Origin: Octopus sinensis
Lineage: Eukaryota
Length of the DNA stretch: 64,000 nucleotides
Direction of reading: 5' to 3'
NCBI RefSeq assembly: GCF_006345805.1
Contig: NC_043006.1
Coordinates: 77,128,001-77,192,000, forward strand
The stretch's first letter is position 1, and each line of letters begins with the position of its first letter. A program made the position numbers and the translations under genes. Below, piece by piece: positions 11,740 to 25,890 of the stretch. The notes under the pieces were generated by a model. It saw only the letters and a program-made list of their open reading frames with translations. It had not been told where the DNA came from and ran no database searches.

Positions 11740-12180
11740 TTGATCCACCAACGGTGGGATATTACGTCCAGGCTCGAAACTCCCGATGATCGTTGGATAG
11801 CGTCTCATAAGATCATCTCTTCTGGCCAAAGTTCCATTCACTTTGATTTCGTCGCAAAAAATCGCGTGAAAAAAAATCGCCAAAAACAATCGCAGTAATG
11901 AAAAACATAGGAATTCGATTCGGAATGCTTTTAATTTACTCACATTTTTGGCCTTTAGATTATAAAAATTGTTATCATACAAAAAAAAATATGTAGCAAA
12001 ACGTCACGTAAAATATTGCCGAAAACAATCACGGTAATGAAAACTTGGGAATACAAAAAATTCGGAATTTACGGGGTCACCCTGATTCTAAAATGATACG
12101 ATATGTTGGGCTACGGTCTCCAGGAGTAAAGTTGAAGAAGGGTGAGACACTGACACATTGACGTTCACAATTAATATAGT
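11740..12180 (+). mobile_element. Possible Helentron-derived non-autonomous (HINE/DINE-like) element
   Basis: 5' hairpin CCACC-AAC-GGTGG, internal about 38-bp direct repeat (11879-11916 and 12018-12054), end ...cacattgacgttcacaattaatatagtat. Classification is by general architecture only. Confidence 0.35.
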
Positions 12181-13115
12181 ATATTAAGGCGGCGAATTCA
12201 AGGAACTCATTCATTAAGCTTTTCTATTAAAATTTGCCAACCCTTACTGAACAGCTTTCGTCACAGCTTAGAGTGCAACTAGCCTTAATAGGGTCCAGCA
12301 TGGCTTCAGTCTAATGAATGAAAAAAGTAAAAGAATAACTTAATATATCATGGCTGTTGTGTCCCTTCACCCTTTGCCTGTCTTGTGTCTTTTTAACTAT
12401 CTATCCAGAATTCTCCCTACTTTCCAAGCAAGCTTGGTGGGCTTAATGGCTTATAACTTGCATATGCGCTGTAGTAATAGCAGCAGAAGCAATAACAAGT
12501 GTAGTAGTAGTAGCAGTAGTAGTAGTAGTAGTAGTTAACATGAAATATAATAAAGAGAAATGCTGCGAAATGTTCGAATAAATATATATGTACAGACAGA
12601 CGTATAGTACATTAATAGACTTGTCTTAGCCCTCTTATTATTAATAGCAACCAGGCGAACAATAATTGAAGAAGGCTGCTACTGCTGCTGCCGTGGCTGC
12701 TGCTGCTGCTGCTGATATTTATGAGTTTCGTACAAAAGAATCTGAAAAAAAATCAATAAACTGTAAACGTAAAAGAACGCAATGAAAGAACAGCAAAAAC
12801 AAATAAACTAGACATATAAGAAGGCCTCTTTTTCATGGTCGGTCAACCTCAGCGAAACAGAAATAGTCACTAACTATTTCTTAAATCATACACTGCCATA
12901 TTTTGAAAATAGGACAGTGCACATCAGAAAACATACGTATAGATACACTATATCTGACATAAAGACAGGACGGTCGCAGCTGGAATGATTTTATTCATAG
13001 GATTGATTGAATTGATTTGACCTGAGGTTAAACTGTCAAAGAACTATCAAGAGCAACAACGAAATTAACCCTTATAATTATAACGCATACTTTACGCGAG
13101 ATTCTTTTCAGAATG

Positions 13116-13497
13116 GTTACCAACCACATGTTTCCGGGTTCAGTCCCACTGCGTGGCACCTTGGGCAGGTGTCTTCTACTATAGCCTCGGGCCGACCAAA
13201 GCCTTGTGAGTGGATTTGGTAGACGGAAACTGAAAAGAAGCCCATCGTATATATGTAGATATGTATATATGCGTGTGTGTGTTTGCGTGTCTGTGTTTGT
13301 CCCCCTAGCATTGCTTGATAACCGATGCTGGTGTGTTTATGTCCCCGTTACTTAGCGGTTCGGCAAAAGAGACCGATAGAATAAGTACTGGGCTTACAAA
13401 AAGAATAAGTCCCGGGGTCGAGTTGCTCGATTAAAGGCGGTGCTCCAGCATGGCTGCAGTCAAATGACTGAAACAAGTAAAAGAGTAAAAGAGAGTA
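13116..13497 (+). mobile_element. SINE family A, 5'-truncated
   Basis: High similarity to 3487-3917 with (AAAAGAGT)n tail. Confidence 0.9.
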
Positions 13498-13790
13498 AGT
13501 GAAGACATACAAACACACACGTACCCACACACGTGCACGTCTGTGCATGTGTGTATGTTTGTCTGTGGTTGTATGCGCATGTATATTTGGCTGTGTATGT
13601 GTGCACGTATTGAATGTAGACAGAGACGGGATAGCACATTAATTGTCAATCAAATTTTTACCTGACATAAAATTAGCAAGAAGAAACAAAAATAAGATAC
13701 ACGGAAGCTCACCAGGTGGGAAAGCGTAAAACTTGGTAAGAAACCATAAAATGTATATCACAACTACAAGAACTGCAAATATAATTAACG

Positions 13791-13823
<33 letters not shown>

Positions 13824-16699
13824 TTACTGCTGCTGTTAACAGTTGTAAATATTTCAGATTTAAGTAGAAGTTCAACGGATTTGAGGGGACGGGCTAACAG
13901 ATAATAACGACCTTGAATGGATAAAAAGCAACCATGTCCTGAGCGGAGGTTGAACTCAAAATGTAAATAATCGCTAGAGATACAGCAAAAATACTTTTTC
14001 CGAAGACCTAACAGAAATCTTTTTTCGATTGTAAACAGAAAACATTAAATTTTGCAGGAGGAATTTTAGTAAATTCCATCAAACCCTGTTCAGGATTGGC
14101 CCTTTATTTTACCGACCCAAATAAATATCAGCAAATGTAAACTTCAGCAGGATTTCATCTCAAATCGTAAAAGAATAACAGAAGAAATACTGCCTGAGAT
14201 TCTAACAATATCCCGCACGTTATAATCTGCCACATAGGCACAGATTCTCAGATTAAAGAACGGAAAATATCAATCATATCAAGTTCTGTACTTAACTGGT
14301 TAAATATATTATTCCTAACAGATAAGTAAAAGACAAATTTATCATCAGTGAGGTTTGAACTGGAGTAAATAACAGCGCATTTTTCCCAATTCACTAACTA
14401 TTTTTACAAGGTACTCCTCTTGTAAACGAGTATCTTAGAAGGATGGTAATCATCCCATTAAATAGTACCTCTTATTTAAATGCTAAGGAGGTGCATAGCT
14501 TAGCAGTTAGGGTCTTACAGTTATGGTCATAAAACTGTGGTTTCGAATCCTGGCCCAAGCGATAATTGTGTTCTTAAACAAAACACTTCACTTCACGTTG
14601 CTCCTGCATACTCAACTGGCAAAAATTAATAAACGGCGTCTCGTCCGTCCAGAGCTGGGAAATATATATATACATGAGAATCCGGGAAATCTGCCTTATG
14701 AGCCTACGGCTCGGGAAGGACCATTGATGCTTTTTTTATGGTTTCACTGGTACTTATTTCATCAATCCCAAACGATGAAAAGCAGAAGATTTCGAACTCA
14801 GAAGGTAAAGAGTTGAAACAAATAGCGTAAATAATTTTTCTACACCTTAACAATTAGTTCGTGGACAAGAAGAAACGTTAGAACAGCCGAAAAAATGATT
14901 GCAGTAATTGTTCTGCATCTTTATGTTATAAGCCCAGTTCTCGCCGAGATCAACTTAGTCTTTCGTCCTTTTCTTGTTAACGAAATAGAATGGCGGTCGA
15001 CAAGTGGAGCCGACGGTAGCGACAAACGACATTCCCTGGAAGCTGGCCATAAATTACAATCGCTAATGAAGGTAGAGAACTGGCAGAATAAAAAAAAAAA
15101 AAAAAACAGTCAGTATTACGCTCCAACTCTTAACGTCCTCATTTGAATCCCAGTGAGATAAGCTTTGCATTCTTCATCCCTCTGGGGTGTCAGTCAACTA
15201 AAAACCGGTTAAGCAATGGAGTCGATGGCGTCCACTATTCCCTCTTCTCAAGACTGCTAGTTTCGTGACTAAATTATAAATCACGATTATTATTAATTTT
15301 TTTTTTTCAATATTTAAAATGAAATATTTCGCAGAAAATAAAACGTTTCCTCTAGCAATTTTACAACAAAAAAAGTGACATTCTGATAGAATTGAGATAA
15401 AAATAATATTCTCCAAAACGACTCAACGAATCAATAGTTTTATTTCTTCCTCGTGTAGTGGAGAAAGATATAAGACAACGTAAAGTAGGTTGTATTATTT
15501 TTGCTGCTGCTGGAAGGTAGAGATAGATTTTAAACACGTAAATTGGCCGAACAGGGTGGATGCAACACTAATGTAAAAAGCTTATGGGTAGAATTGTTAC
15601 TAATGAGCAGCTTTTGGAACGTAAATAGCGGAGAAGAAGAGTGAAGTCGGAAGAAGAGATCGGTAAATAGAATGATCTATCGATTACTTCTTAATGCCGG
15701 CAAAAATATATCAAATACATTTGCTATATGCATCAGTATATATTTCTGCGTATGTTTGTAGGCCTAATTAAGCATCTATATTTAAAAGTATCTCATGAGT
15801 TTTCACTATATGTGTATCTCTCTAAAGTATCATTTTTATTTAATCATCTTTTTATCGTAGGTAAATAGATAGATTGATTGATACATTGATAAATAAATAG
15901 ATAGATAAATATGTATGTCTATATATTTCCTTAAATGTATGCACGTCCGTCGTTTACATGAAAGTATATGTAATTGCGTGTGTATGTGTGTGTGTATGTG
16001 TGTGCTTGTGTGTGACATATACAGTTATGTATAAGTACTATGCTAAAATAAACTTGGTGAAAGCATATGCACATATTTGCATTGATATAAGTGTGAGGGT
16101 GTATGCGCGTATGCGTGCATTTAAAGAGAGAATAATCTTTAATATCACAGAAGATATATAATTCAGGACTGCCTCAATCTATTAACAATTAAGTAGCAAC
16201 AGTGTTGAACGATATCTGGTAGAAGATAGCATGAACGCAATCATGTCTTCCTAGTAAATACCGAGTATACTTCATCTATATAGTCAAAAGTCATTATCTA
16301 ACGTCTGAGAGCGTCCTTATTTTATCTGGACGGATATACGATAAATGATATATCAAGTTAACTTCTGAAATATAAAGTGTTCTGAAAGTCTAAGTTACTA
16401 TGCTACCAGACAGCCTAGAGATATACAGTTCACTCTGTCCCTTGGTAATTGCCGTAATTGAAACTTAGTTGTAAGCATGGTGTACCACTGAACTATAAAT
16501 AAGTGTAACAATAGAAAACAGCAGAAGTACAGAATATTTTGAGAGCATTTCTTTTTTCTTTCTGACGTTCCGAGTTCAGTTTATATCTCGGAAAAGATTA
16601 ATATTTGTTTATTTGTATTTTACCGCTGTTGGTGAAATATATCGTGGTTATCACACGCACATACACACACAAGCATGCACACAAACATATGTGCGTGTT

Positions 16700-16730
<31 letters not shown>

Positions 16731-16812
16731 TGCATCTATTTTCTTACCTCCACCTCACTCTCTATTTTGTATCACATCTAAACTAACTATGACTTAACTT
16801 TCCTATCACACT

Positions 16813-16864
16813 GTCTCTGATGAAGGGATATTATAAATAAATATCCTTGAAACAGCTGTAAGAC
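16813..16864 (+). ncRNA. Type I hammerhead motif with canonical core, in an about 200-bp TA-flanked repeat (16731-16935)
   Basis: GTCT-CTGATGA-AGGGATAT tataaataa ATATCCTT-GAAA-CAGCTGT-A-AGAC. Stem III is the palindrome ACAGCTGT. Confidence 0.78.
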
Positions 16865-18185
16865 CTTCAATCTATAAACGCTCTAATATCTATACAGCCT
16901 TGTTTTTTTTATCTTTTTACGCAAAAAATTCTTATATATATATATATATACATACATATATATATTGTGTAGGTTTCCCACCACCACTTGACAAGCAATA
17001 TTGGTTTGTTAATGCACCTGTCATTTTTGGGCTTCAGTAAGAGTAACCGATAGAAAAAGTACTCGGCTTAATAAAATCTTAAAAAAAATAAAATAAAATA
17101 AAATAAATCACGGGGTTGATTCGTTCAACCGGTGACCCAACTTGACTGCCATCTAAATACTGAAGTAAGAGAGAAAGAGAGAGAGAGAAAGAGAGAGAGA
17201 GAAAGACACAGAGAGAGAGAGACAGAAAGACAGCGAGAACAGTGAATGTAATGTCCTTTGCCGACATTTGAAAGCTGGCATTTTGTACTTAAGCTATCAT
17301 TGTATTGACATTGGCTGACAATGTCTTATATTCAATAACGTTTTGTGGTAGTTTTATAAGCATCAAGCTGCGATTATCTGATACATTCTAAATATTCGTC
17401 TTTGCGAAAAACCAATGAAAGCAAGGATCCTTACCATCCCCAAAATTGCTATCGGTACCAACATGACATGCTTTTTTGAAATGGCACAAAAGGTAGAAGT
17501 TTTGCAATTCAAGACTATCGAACAGTCTAGTATTGATTATGTTCACATAGTTTGTTCAATCGCTAACTTAATGCGAAGTAATATAGAAAGAAAATCGATA
17601 TAACTTTCAATGGATGGAGGAGAATAGAGTCTTCTAATATGATTGTTCTTTGATTCCATATCAGAATTATAAATGCTGCTATTCAGATAACAATCATTAA
17701 TCTTTATCTGTGTGGAGGGCTCTTTTTTATTGAGATTTATATTTTATTTAGTCCTTTTTTTCCTTGCTTTTTTCTTTTCTTTTTTTCTTTTTTTGTATTT
17801 TTAAGTTTTGTGATATGAGACTGGAAGTCTGAAGTGTGCTGCTGATCCAATATTGATAGATGCTAGGGAAGAGAAAATAATGCAACTTCTTTGCAATGAA
17901 TAAATCGTTTTTCACTTTTCCTCGTAAACATATGTCAATGTCACCACCATTTATAATTTCAACATATTAGCTGCCGTAAGGAGATATTTGGATATCATTG
18001 CTATTATAAGCTGTCCTGCGCAGAAAACTTATATACACATTTTGTCTACAATTTACACTGACAGAATTTCGCCCGCAGTTAATACATACACCGGCGATGT
18101 AACCTTCCTGTCGACGCTATACAATTCATCATAGAAGAGTGAATGAATTGCATTTATTTAAATACCTAGTTAAATTGAACTGCTA

Positions 18186-18312
18186 TAGTATCCCGGCTGG
18201 TTTAGTGAGACATAACAACCCGAAAGTCAATGCGATGGCTGTCTTTTCGTAGGTGCTAAACTGTCTACAGATATTTAAACTTTTGTACAGAACTAGCATC
18301 AGCCGGGTACTG
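18186..18312. mobile_element. Small pogo-like MITE
   Basis: TAGTATCCCGGCTG ... CAGCCGGGTACTG imperfect 13-bp TIRs. Confidence 0.45.
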
Positions 18313-18405
18313 CTTATAATGTAGTTATCGTACAGTATTCTTATCTTATTTTATAGTGTTTTTGATTGATGTTTTTATTGTTGATGTTGTTTTCTTTTTC
18401 TAATT

Positions 18406-18840
18406 AAGGCTCCCGCCATTAGCCACAAAGAATAATCTCTAATTCGAACCTACTCTAAGCGACTAAGAATGTGTGTGGAAACTTGAAGATCCACCCACCA
18501 CACGCGATAGACTGGCGGTTGCACGGGGGCGGAAGCTACGTTGTTATCCTCTCCGTAAACGGTGGATTTTTAATGGGTGGATAGCTGAACCATCCTGGGG
18601 TACAGAGGATTCGCAATCTAGACTAGGGTTTGAAAGTTTACCACACCATAGTGGGTTACATAATGGTTCCTCTGCTTTGTGGCAGAAGTGGGAAGAAAGA
18701 GTGAGAGAAAGTTGTGGTGAAAGAGTACGGCGTGGTTCACCCCAATCCCTCGCCGGAGCGTCGTATATTTTACCCCAGTGTCACTTTGAGGGCATGGACT
18801 GTTCTCTCACTCAATGATAATAAAAATGATGATGATGATG
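18406..18840 (+). mobile_element. Non-autonomous retroelement with RTE-like 3' tail
   Basis: Ends ttttaccccagtgtcactttga...ctctcactc followed by an AAT/GAT tail. The same 3' end occurs at about 42690-42730 and 56960-57000. The 5' boundary is uncertain. Confidence 0.55.
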
Positions 18841-19071
18841 AGAAGAAGAAGGAGAAGAAGGAAAAGAAGAAGGAGAAGATGAAGAAGAAGAAGAAGAAGA
18901 AGAAGAAGAAGAAGGAGAAGGAGAAGAAGGAGAAGAAGGAGAAGAAGAAGAAGAAGAAGAAGAAGAAGAAGGAGAAGGAGAAGAAGAAGGAGGAGGAGAA
19001 GAAGAAGAAGAAGAAGAAGAGAAGAAGAAGAAGAATGAGGAGAAGGAGAAGAAGAAGAAAAAGAAGAAGAA
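18839..19071 (+). repeat. (GAA/GAG)n polypurine microsatellite
   Basis: Direct reading. Confidence 0.95.
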
Positions 19072-19998
19072 TACAGGATAATCATGTCCAGACCCTCCCT
19101 TGGATAATAACATTTCGTCACAACCAAATAATATTATTCCAGTGTAGTTATGGAATCAAACTTGAGTTTGAGTTCGTTTGATTAGATGTGTTCTTTTTTC
19201 TTTTTCTCCGTAAGCAATCGATAAGCAATCATGCTAGCAAGGAGACATAGATTCGTTATTTCCTCAGTGCTAAGATATGTTGGGTTCGAACTCGAATCAT
19301 CTAAATATTTATATTTCGTAAAGGATTGGTTTAATAGTTACACAACTGACGTATGTTTGACTTTCTACGTTTTTAAAAATATTTTTTGTATTGTTTTATT
19401 TTTCATTCCTCATTTCTGGAATGTTTATCCAATCGAATATTCATCGTTATGTATTTAAAAAATGTATAGAAATGTCTTTGCAATATAGGAATTCAAAGAA
19501 TAATAGTTAGAATGAAACAGATGTTCAGATGATATTTACCTGCATGCAGCTGTTAGTATACGGATAAATAGTGCAGCTTTAGCCAAGCCAGGCAGATATC
19601 AGAATCCGAAGATAAATGAGGAACGAAAGAAGAGAAATAAAAACGCAATAACAACAACAGCAACAACAACTTTCTTTGTCATTATCAGTGCTGAATATAA
19701 CTGTTTTATATATATATATATATATTAACGTGTTACTGTGTGCGTATTTGTGTATCTTCAACAAGACTGTTCGCTAATGCGAATATGCATGACCACGTAC
19801 CAGTTACGTTGTGTTTATGTGTGGCGCTGCGTGTTTATTAGAGGTATTTATTGTGTTCGTCTTATCGAGCCAGGGTGTCTTCAATATCTACATGTGTTAA
19901 TGATAGAAGATTGCTTGAGCGTATGGCCTGTACATATACCTGAGATATAAGTGCTTTTACTCTATGCATGCATCAGTGTGTACATTCATTTATATATA

Positions 19999-20076
<78 letters not shown>

Positions 20077-20106
20077 TATACATACATATATATATATATA
20101 TAATAT

Positions 20107-20160
<54 letters not shown>

Positions 20161-20275
20161 CATATATATACATACCTATATATATATATATACATATATA
20201 CATATAAATATAATATATATATATATATACGTATATATATATATATATATATATATATCTGTGTGTGTGTGTGTG

Positions 20276-20703
20276 TACTCTTTACTCTACTCTTTTATTC
20301 TTTTACTTGTTTCACTCATTTGACAGTGGTCATGCTGGAGCACCGACTTTAGTCGAGCAAATCTGCACCAGGACTTATTCTTTGTAAGCCTAGTACTTAT
20401 TCTATCTGATCTATTTTGCCGAACCGCTAAGTTACGAGAACGTAAACACACCAGCATTGCTTGTCAAGCGATTTGGAGGGGGGTCAAACACGGACACACA
20501 AACATACTCACACACGTACATACAGAGATACATATATACGACGGTCTTCTTTCAGTTTTCGTCTACCAAATCCACTCACAAGGCTTTGGTCGATCTGAGG
20601 CTATAGTAGATAACACTTGGCCAAGGTGCCACGCTGTGGGACCGAACCCGGAACCATGTTGTTTGTAAGCAAGCTACTTACTGCATAGTCACTCCTACTC
20701 CTG
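20276..20703 (-). mobile_element. SINE family A
   Basis: Full-length reverse-strand match to family A. Confidence 0.9.
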
Positions 20704-20779
20704 TGTGAACATACATACATAAACACACACACACACATGTATGTATAATATATAGAAGTCTCCAAACACATACATGCAT

Positions 20780-20821
<42 letters not shown>

Positions 20822-21934
20822 TATATATATATTTATTTATTTATTTATAAACCTTTGCTCATAATATCGTATCTCGGAGAAATATATTTGTAAACACCTG
20901 TGTGTATGTGTGTATGTGTGTGTATATGAATGTATGAATGTGTGAATATATATATGTGTGTGTGCGTGCGTGTTTGTGTGTGTGAATAAATGATAGAAAA
21001 TAGAACGAACGACATTATTTAAAATCACTTCAATTCTTTCGACATATTTTTACACCTTGCGTACCTTGGTGAGGTGTTGTGTAATGATTATTACACGTTC
21101 AATGTGTAAAATGCGCCTCCTTTGGTCATTGTATATATAAGCCTTTTGTTAAAATCCTGTTGTCTTTTCACCCAGCGGAATAATGCGCACCCAAAGTGAT
21201 GTCATTTTAAAAATTTTACAGAGAAGACTATCCCCTTGGACACAGTGGCAGATAAAATACAATTACAATCAAAATGAAAATAACCAAATAAAGGAACAAA
21301 AATACAGAAATGGGTTACGTCGATTATAAATTGCAATTCTATATTAATGGTTAGATTATAAGATTAGATTATAGTTATAGAAAGACAAGAATAAGATGAA
21401 AACTGCATTTAAAATCAACACGCCTTTCTCTCTCTCTCTCACTAAAACCTGTCTGCACCATGTGAGGGCCGTGGGAGGTTATAGGCAATTTCTGCAATCT
21501 CCGATATGTGCAGTCATTATTAACATTTTCGAGCAAGCTCTGAAGAACTGCCCACATGCAAAGATTTTGCTGCTCGAGATGAATATCATGAATCCATAGG
21601 CCGATGATTTACATAGCACATCAATGAATTTTTATTTTCTATGTATAATAAGAATTGCTCCACCTTGATGAACAGGCATATAATCAACATATAATGAAGG
21701 TATGCCCAGCCCTAAATTTATTTTTTAGCTCCAGGTTTAATGTACCCGGAACTATAGTAAAAATGCTATTTATAAAAATGAAAGGGAGCTGACTGCTATT
21801 TCAGACCGGTTGATTTAAAACACTCAGTTTGTTGTTTTTGTTTATGTGTGTGTGCGTGTGTGTGTGCGCGCGCGCGTGTGTGTCTTCTGATTTGTTTGAA
21901 GGGAATGAATTGTGATGTGTAAAAAGAGGTGGAA

Positions 21935-22381
21935 AATAAAGCTATCTTTTCGTAGAAGAAGGTTTATGTTCCTATAATCTGTGTTAATTCTGTAACCCTT
22001 TAAATTGGAAGATAAGAAAGTACATTTTCTGCACTTCATGAATTGGGAACCAGACAAAAATTGCTACAGCTCGGCTGGGATGTGTTACCCCACCCTCTAT
22101 ATTCACCAGATATTGCTCCTTTGGATTTTTCCACTTATTCAGGTCTCTGCAGAATAGTCTTAATGGTAAAAGTTTCAATTCCTTGAAAAGATACCTTGAT
22201 GAATTCGTTGCCATGAAACCACCTCAATTCTGGGAAGAGGGTATTTTCAAGTTAAAGGAAAGATGAAGACGCATTGTGCAACAAAATGGTTCACATTTGG
22301 TTGATTCAAAATGTAATGGCAATTATATATTGACCATTTTCTTTCTTTTAAAAATCGGCACGAACATTCCAGACAGCCCAA
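21935..22381 (+). mobile_element. Internally deleted mariner element, left end missing
   Basis: Encodes [19 protein letters not shown] (mariner YSPDLAP motif). Right TIR aaaatcggcacgaacattccagacagcccaa followed by TA. Confidence 0.9.
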
Positions 22382-22789
22382 TACATTGAAAGCTCTGGTT
22401 GCGGTAACAGAAATAGTTATCGTCAGACACACACAGGAAGTATATTAATAAGATATGAACAAATTCGTTTAGTGGCTATGCGGGCAGAATTGGTTGAAAT
22501 TTAACAGTTTAGAAATTGAAAAAATCACATCAAATTTGCTGTAACTTCTAAAGAAAACACGAAAAGATTTGTCAACGGCAGCAAGAACGTGATGGGGTGG
22601 CTGGCGACAAAGATGCCTTGAGCAAATACGATGGTTTTTATATCAGTCAACAAACAACAATTTGAAAATGTTTGACTTTTACCACATTGAGATTAATTTT
22701 CATTTCGTTTATCACCGCTTCATTTACATACGTCTGTGCGAGTGTGTGAATGTGTGCTCTTCTGTCTATGTAGATACGTATGTATGTAT

Positions 22790-22820
22790 TTACATTTATA
22801 CTTATCTACTGTATACATAC

Positions 22821-22883
<63 letters not shown>

Positions 22884-23087
22884 ACAGTGTATCAATGTAT
22901 GTGTATATATGTAAATACAACTTACAAACATACAAACACACACATATATATACACATACACATATATATATGCATATATTAAATATATATGTAAATACGA
23001 CATACAAACATACAAACGCACACACACACATATATATATACACATACACACACACATATATATGCATATATATATATATGCATATAT

Positions 23088-23121
<34 letters not shown>

Positions 23122-23151
23122 GACAATGTATCTATGTATATGTATATATAA

Positions 23152-23206
<55 letters not shown>

Positions 23207-23604
23207 CAATGTATCTATGTATATGTATATATATAAATATATTTGTAAATACAACATACAAACATACAAGCATATGCACACATAGAAACACACACACATA
23301 TATAAGCGTGCAGCATGTATGCTTACATCAACACATATACACACAATCACCATTATGATTAAAATGTAAATAAAACTACAGTAAGCAAAATTTTGCCGCC
23401 ATGTTTGCTTTCTAACGTTTCTTCCATCAATATAAATACATCGCCATGTTTGAGCATTGAAGTGTTTCATACTTGTTTTTTATATTTGTTTGTTTGTCAG
23501 TATATGTGTATGTGTGTGTGTTGCAAGTGTGTGTGAGAGAAAGGGAAGAAGAGATGGGAGGAAGTATGTGTGTGTGTGTGTGTGTGCTTGTGTGAGTATG
23601 AGTG

Positions 23605-23637
<33 letters not shown>

Positions 23638-23796
23638 CAACATATATTCTTGTTTCCACACAAATATGTATTCTTCTAAGCTTACATGACTGTATGTGTG
23701 TTTGCACGTGCTAGTCTGTGTCTGTCTGTCTCTATGTATGTATGTATGTATGTATGTATGTATGTATGTATGTATGTATGTGTGTATGTATGTATG

Positions 23797-23828
<32 letters not shown>

Positions 23829-23998
23829 ATATATTCATACAAAGAGACAGATAGAGAGGCATAGCTCTTTATCTATACTTATAATACTTGAGTATGTGAT
23901 GTGTCTATATGTATGTGTGTGTATGTACGTATATGTATCTGTCTCTATGTATAAGGATGTGTGTCTATGTATGTATGTATATATATGTATATATATAT

Positions 23999-24048
<50 letters not shown>

Positions 24049-24059
24049 TATATATATTA

Positions 24060-24126
<67 letters not shown>

Positions 24127-24512
24127 CATACATAAACATAAATTTATAGATTCAGATAGATAGACAGTCTATCAAACTGACAGACAGACAGACAGATAAA
24201 TAGACAGTTACATAGATGGAAATATTCGTTGGTGTTTGCAAAATGAGTAACCCTATGTTTTAAAGTTTTAACTAAAAAATTTTAAAAAATTGTAAAAACA
24301 GACCCTTTATATAAACATTTCATTTTGGTATGTTTAATGGGTTGTTAAAAATAATCCAGTTATGTGTAATGCTTTGCCATTCTTTTTAACATAAAAAATA
24401 AACAACCCATAACTTTTGCTAACACCAAGCACTACACAGGCACATATATACACAAATATATGTGTGTCTGTGAACATATACATGTGTGTGTTTATATAGA
24501 TACACATATGTA

Positions 24513-24574
<62 letters not shown>

Positions 24575-24594
24575 CATACATATATAAATACATG

Positions 24595-24675
<81 letters not shown>

Positions 24676-24720
24676 CATATGTGTATATGTATGTGTTTGA
24701 GTGTTTTTGTGTATGTGTTT
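22790..24720. repeat. Compound (TA)n/(CA)n/(TATG)n microsatellite region
   Basis: Direct reading. It is the source of the many YI/CV-repeat ORFs. Confidence 0.9.
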
Positions 24721-25529
24721 ATATGTGCGTGTATAGTTTTTTAGTTTCTTGTAGTCAATGACATCTGCAGTCGTTAATCAGTTAATTTTAGCCAGACAAT
24801 CGCGTGCATAGTCCATGATAAATAGTGAAGTGTATGCTGTAATCGACGAAAGTGCTGCTTTCTTATTGTTTACTGAAAAACAGACATCGTTTTGGATAAT
24901 TGAGGTAGCGTGTTATAATTAGAAACGGATGACCACAAGGTCGTCTTAGGTGATATATGACTCTTTAGAGTAGAAACCAGTTGGAAGAGCTTTAAAATGT
25001 TGGTTCACTCAAGAAGTACGTTTCCCTGATTCTTGGTTGTAACTGGAACAAGGTGAACCCAGAAAGAAATCTCATTTGTTTACTCCTTTGCAAGGTAGCG
25101 TGATCTAGTTTAGGATGTTTAGCTATTCACACCGGCCGAATTAACAATTATCTATTTATTAAATTAGTGTCGAAGCCCATGTCGCTAGTGCTTATTTAAC
25201 AATATGACTGAAATCAGGTGTCTGATGATAGAAGCAGGAAACGAAACAACACAAAGAATTCAAGTATCTGGATTTGTTTGCCTTAAGGCTCTTATAAACC
25301 CTTTTGAGAATATCTGATTTGCTGTGTGTAAATTGTTCTTCAACCTTGGAAATGCAACGTTCTTCTTTCTGTGGACAACACACACGATCTCAATAATAAT
25401 ACTTAGTTTGTTGGGTGTGCAGGTAGTGCAGCTCATGGGGACTATAGTGGATTATTAGGGAAAGTGAGTGGTGTAAGCGCCAATGCATTATTTATAATGA
25501 AAGATCATGAGTTTCATCTCACTTTAAGG

Positions 25530-25845
25530 AGAGCATTCTAGCTGGACTATCATCTCCTCGGCTCCATGAAAGAGAGTTTGAGAAGCAAACATTATTCCAG
25601 TGATGAGAAATTGAAAACTGTAGTGGCGACGTGGCGCAAAGAACACTCAACATAATTATACGGGTCAGGGATACATGCTCTCATTCGGAGGTGGAACATT
25701 GCTATTGAGAGAACCGGTGACTATGTTGAGAAGTAAGGATGTGGTCCACAGAGGACCAACTTCATTTTGATGTATCATACATGTTCCTGTGTTTGTAATT
25801 ATATACATCCTAAACAAAATGGCATTAACTTTTGACTCACCCTCG
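25530..25845 (+). mobile_element. Mariner 3' fragment (different subfamily)
   Basis: 25545-25736 translates DYHLLGSMKESLRSKHYSSDEKLKTVV...GIHALIRRWNIAIERTGDYVEK* with one internal stop. Ends ttgactcaccctcg followed by TA. Confidence 0.88.

Positions 25846-25890
<45 letters not shown>

Noticed and set aside
18714-19181. Lys/Glu/Arg-rich 155-aa ORF and antisense Leu/Ser ORFs
   Set aside because: Product of the (GAA/GAG)n tract.
25222-25251. CTGATGA...GAAAC with GTGT/ACAC flanks
   Set aside because: Stem II cannot pair and there is no cleavage triplet.
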